A DNA stretch of 64,000 nucleotides from the human T2T-CHM13v2.0 reference genome, Homo sapiens: NCBI RefSeq assembly GCF_009914755.1, contig NC_060946.1. One strand, given 5' to 3'. The notes under the pieces were generated by a model that was given only the letters and a program-made list of their open reading frames with translations, made no database searches and was not told the origin of the DNA. The first letter of the stretch is position 1. Each line of letters opens with the position of its first letter. Below, in pieces: positions 61,167 to 64,000 of the stretch. The position numbers and the translations under genes were made by a program.

Positions 61167-64000
61167 GTGTCTGTTCAGACAGGTCTGGGGGATATCTAAA
61201 GGACTCATGAAAGGCTGTTTTTTTCTGTGTTGCTAGAATAAAGAACAGATAAGGAATGGACATTTTTAAGAAACTCTGCAAGGAGACCTAACAAACCACG
61301 GATGCTTAGGGCAAAAATTAGAGTTTACACATATAGTAGATCACCTTCAGCACAGGAAGAAAAGTTGGAGAAGAGTATTTGGAAAACTAAGACATTCAAA
61401 ATCATTCACGTACATGGGAGAGTCTAGAAAGTCACATATATGCATAGGTTAAGCCACATGCTGACAAATGTCATAAGAAGACCCTACACTTTTACCTTGG
61501 CTGATCCCTCCCCTCAGTGCAAGCTCTGTGCAAGAGTGAACTTGAACTTCACTCAGTGCAAGAGTAAACACACACTTTGTCCCGGCTTTAAAGAACCCAG
61601 AACAAAGCCAGTCTGCATGGCCTAGAGACATATTTTGCTGGATAATGATTACTTGTTTTTCTTTGTTTTTGTTGTATTTGCCTGTTTGCTTAGTTCCTGA
61701 CATACAAGAAAATCACTGTCAAAACTTTAGCTTAACATTTGTTAAGGAAACAAAAAGACTTAGGTGACCACACCTTATAAAGCAAACAGTTTGGTAAATC
61801 ACTTTGGAAAATTTCACTAAAAAAAATCCTTAACAATATAATAAGTAAATAAAATTTAAAACCACAAAACATTACTGTGTTTGTAGGGGGGGGGTCTGAT
61901 TTACAGAGTAACCACATAGTAATTATAATTATTATAATGTCCAGTTTTCAAAAAAAGTTACAAGACATACAAAGAATGGGAAAGTATGGCTCATTCAAAG
62001 GAACAAAACAAATTGACAGAGAATATCTCTAAGGAAACCCAGACATCAAACTTACCAGAGAAAGACTTTAAAACAACTCTCTTCATTATACTCAAATGTA
62101 AAAAGGAAAACATAAACAAAGAAATCAAGGAATCAGAAAAAAATATTAAAAAGTAGGAATATCAACAGAGATAACAGAAATTCTGGAGTGGAAAACTACA
62201 ACGATAAAAATTTAAAAATCACCAGAGGGATTTAAGAGTATATTTGCACACACAGAAGAAGACATGAGCTTGAAGATAAGAAAATGGAAAATATTGACTC
62301 TGAGAAACAGATAAAAAATGAGCAGAGACTAATGAATCTGTGGGACATCATCAAATAGACCAACATTCATATTCTAGAAGGATAAATTATGTTGTTGAAA
62401 ACTTTACCATTCTTTCTTTTCAACTTTCTTTCTTCCTCCCTCCCCCTCCTCCCCTTTTTACTTTTCTTCCTCTTCCTTTCTCTTCTTTCTCTCCTTCATT
62501 ATCCCTTTCACTCTGTTTCTCTTTCTCCCTTTCTCTTTTCTTTCAATTATCTCAATTACTAACAGATGTTTAAATATCCTTACCATGTGATTTGATATGG
62601 TTATTTCTCCCTTTAGTTCTCTTTTGAGATTTATAGTCACTCTAAGTAAAGAGATAACCCCAAACATAAGCCTCACAAACAGGCTTGCATACCATTCTTA
62701 ATTTGGTCCTGTAATTCTTCATTGCTCTATTAACTTTCTGATGCTTTTAAGGATGTTTTATAACAAATTGTTTAGTTTTTTCCAATGGAATGTTTATTCT
62801 GAATTATCTAATTCATATTGTAAGTATAGAGGGAGTTTAATATAAAATTATTAAACTGACATTTGTGAAAGAATGTATTTGTGCATTTAACAAATATGTT
62901 AATCTTCAGACTGTTATTGGGCAGCTGAGCATACAGCAATAAAAATAACATAATTTTTATGTGTACAATATTTATGGAATACGTTACTGGAACAAATAAA
63001 TAATTTAGTTAATAGCATGACAAAGAACAGAAATTGTATACACTATAGAGCATAGTAATGGAATAATGAGTGATTAAAGTTATTAATATTAGGTAGAAAA
63101 TGAAGGGTATCTTTGAGAGCAAAATTCAAGGAAGCAAGCAATTCGCCTTATGAGGAAAGAGTTACCTGTGGATAAAGGAGAAACTGAAAAATTTACAAGT
63201 CAAGACTTTTTGAGCAAAAACAAAAATATGACTATTAGTCACCAATTCAGTACAGTGAAAAAAATTTGAAGAGATATCTTGGAACTAAACCATGCTGTTG
63301 AAGAGCATGTAGGGTTTTGATAATCATGGGATGATTCTGAATTAATTTTAAATGCGATAGGAATACATAAGATAATTTCACCAGAGAATAACATGATTGT
63401 GTTTACATTTCAAAGGGGTGTATCTGGTGTACTGTGTAGAATAAACAGGTTATGTGAGCAAATAAATTGGGAGGCTACTGTAATCCAGAGAAAAAAGGTA
63501 GTGACTTAGGTGAGAATGCTGTCAGGATGAGTGGTATTAGTGGTGAGAAGTTGTTAGGCCATGGATGTATTTCAGAGGACTGGCCAAGAGAACTGCAGCT
63601 AAATTGGAGTGTAGGGAGTGAAATGGAGAACTCAAAGATGACTCTCAGCACTGGAAGGTGACAGCTGTCACTGAATCATGCTGATGCCTCTCATTAAGAG
63701 AGTTACTTGGGAATGGTAAGCTCAAAACTTCTCACTTTCAAATTTATGAAAAATATTGTTTTCAGAACGAATGACTTTGGGATCAGAAAGTCACCGTTCT
63801 AATTGATGGTTCCACGACTACACGGGCTCACACTCCCAAGAGCAAAAGTAAATCATCACAAAGGTGCTTCCTGATAATTCTAGAGAATGGAGAATTACTG
63901 TAACATCTTTCTGATTTTAGGAGAGGCAGCAGTTCCCTTTTTAGCCTAAACGCTATTTTTTTTTAAAGCTCAGCCAAGAGACTCCATTATAATTTTCAAA
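61167..64000 (-). repeat. Segmental duplication arm B, inverted copy of 9946-12805, continues past the window end
   Basis: gtgtctgttcagacaggtctggggg is the reverse complement of 12781-12805 with mismatches; final ...actccattataattttcaaa is the reverse complement of 9946-9965. Confidence 0.96.

Overview
Primate genomic DNA, very probably human (it carries a 3' fragment with L1HS-diagnostic bases). It has the architecture of a pericentromeric segmental-duplication mosaic, with no complete gene and no intact autonomous transposon. Left to right: (1) ~1-6080, a duplicated piece of the ROBO2 5' region with an intact copy of the first coding exon of the long ROBO2a isoform (minus strand; too short for the ORF track), next to a TA-rich tract carrying templated inverted insertions. 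(2) A 1.8-kb CAAAAAGCCGCGGCGGGG GC-rich array. (3) ~22 kb of old interspersed repeats, including one very young 5'-truncated L1HS-type insertion with TSDs. (4) A full-length but dead L1PA3/4-type element whose 5' end abuts a (CATTT)n array. (5) A duplicated KSR1 exon 1 + intron 1 segment (minus strand) fused to a second CAAAAAG array that shares the first array's right flank. (6) ~18 kb of AT-rich old repeats. (7) A 2-kb HSat3/HSat2 patch. (8) An inverted copy of 9946-12805 running off the window end. Almost all long ORFs in the track are artefacts of low-complexity or satellite sequence. I found no clearly new biological system. The best lead is that both CAAAAAG arrays sit, in the same register and orientation, at the upstream break of a captured gene 5' exon. 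Gene and repeat-family names are from recall, not database searches, and boundaries of old repeats are approximate.
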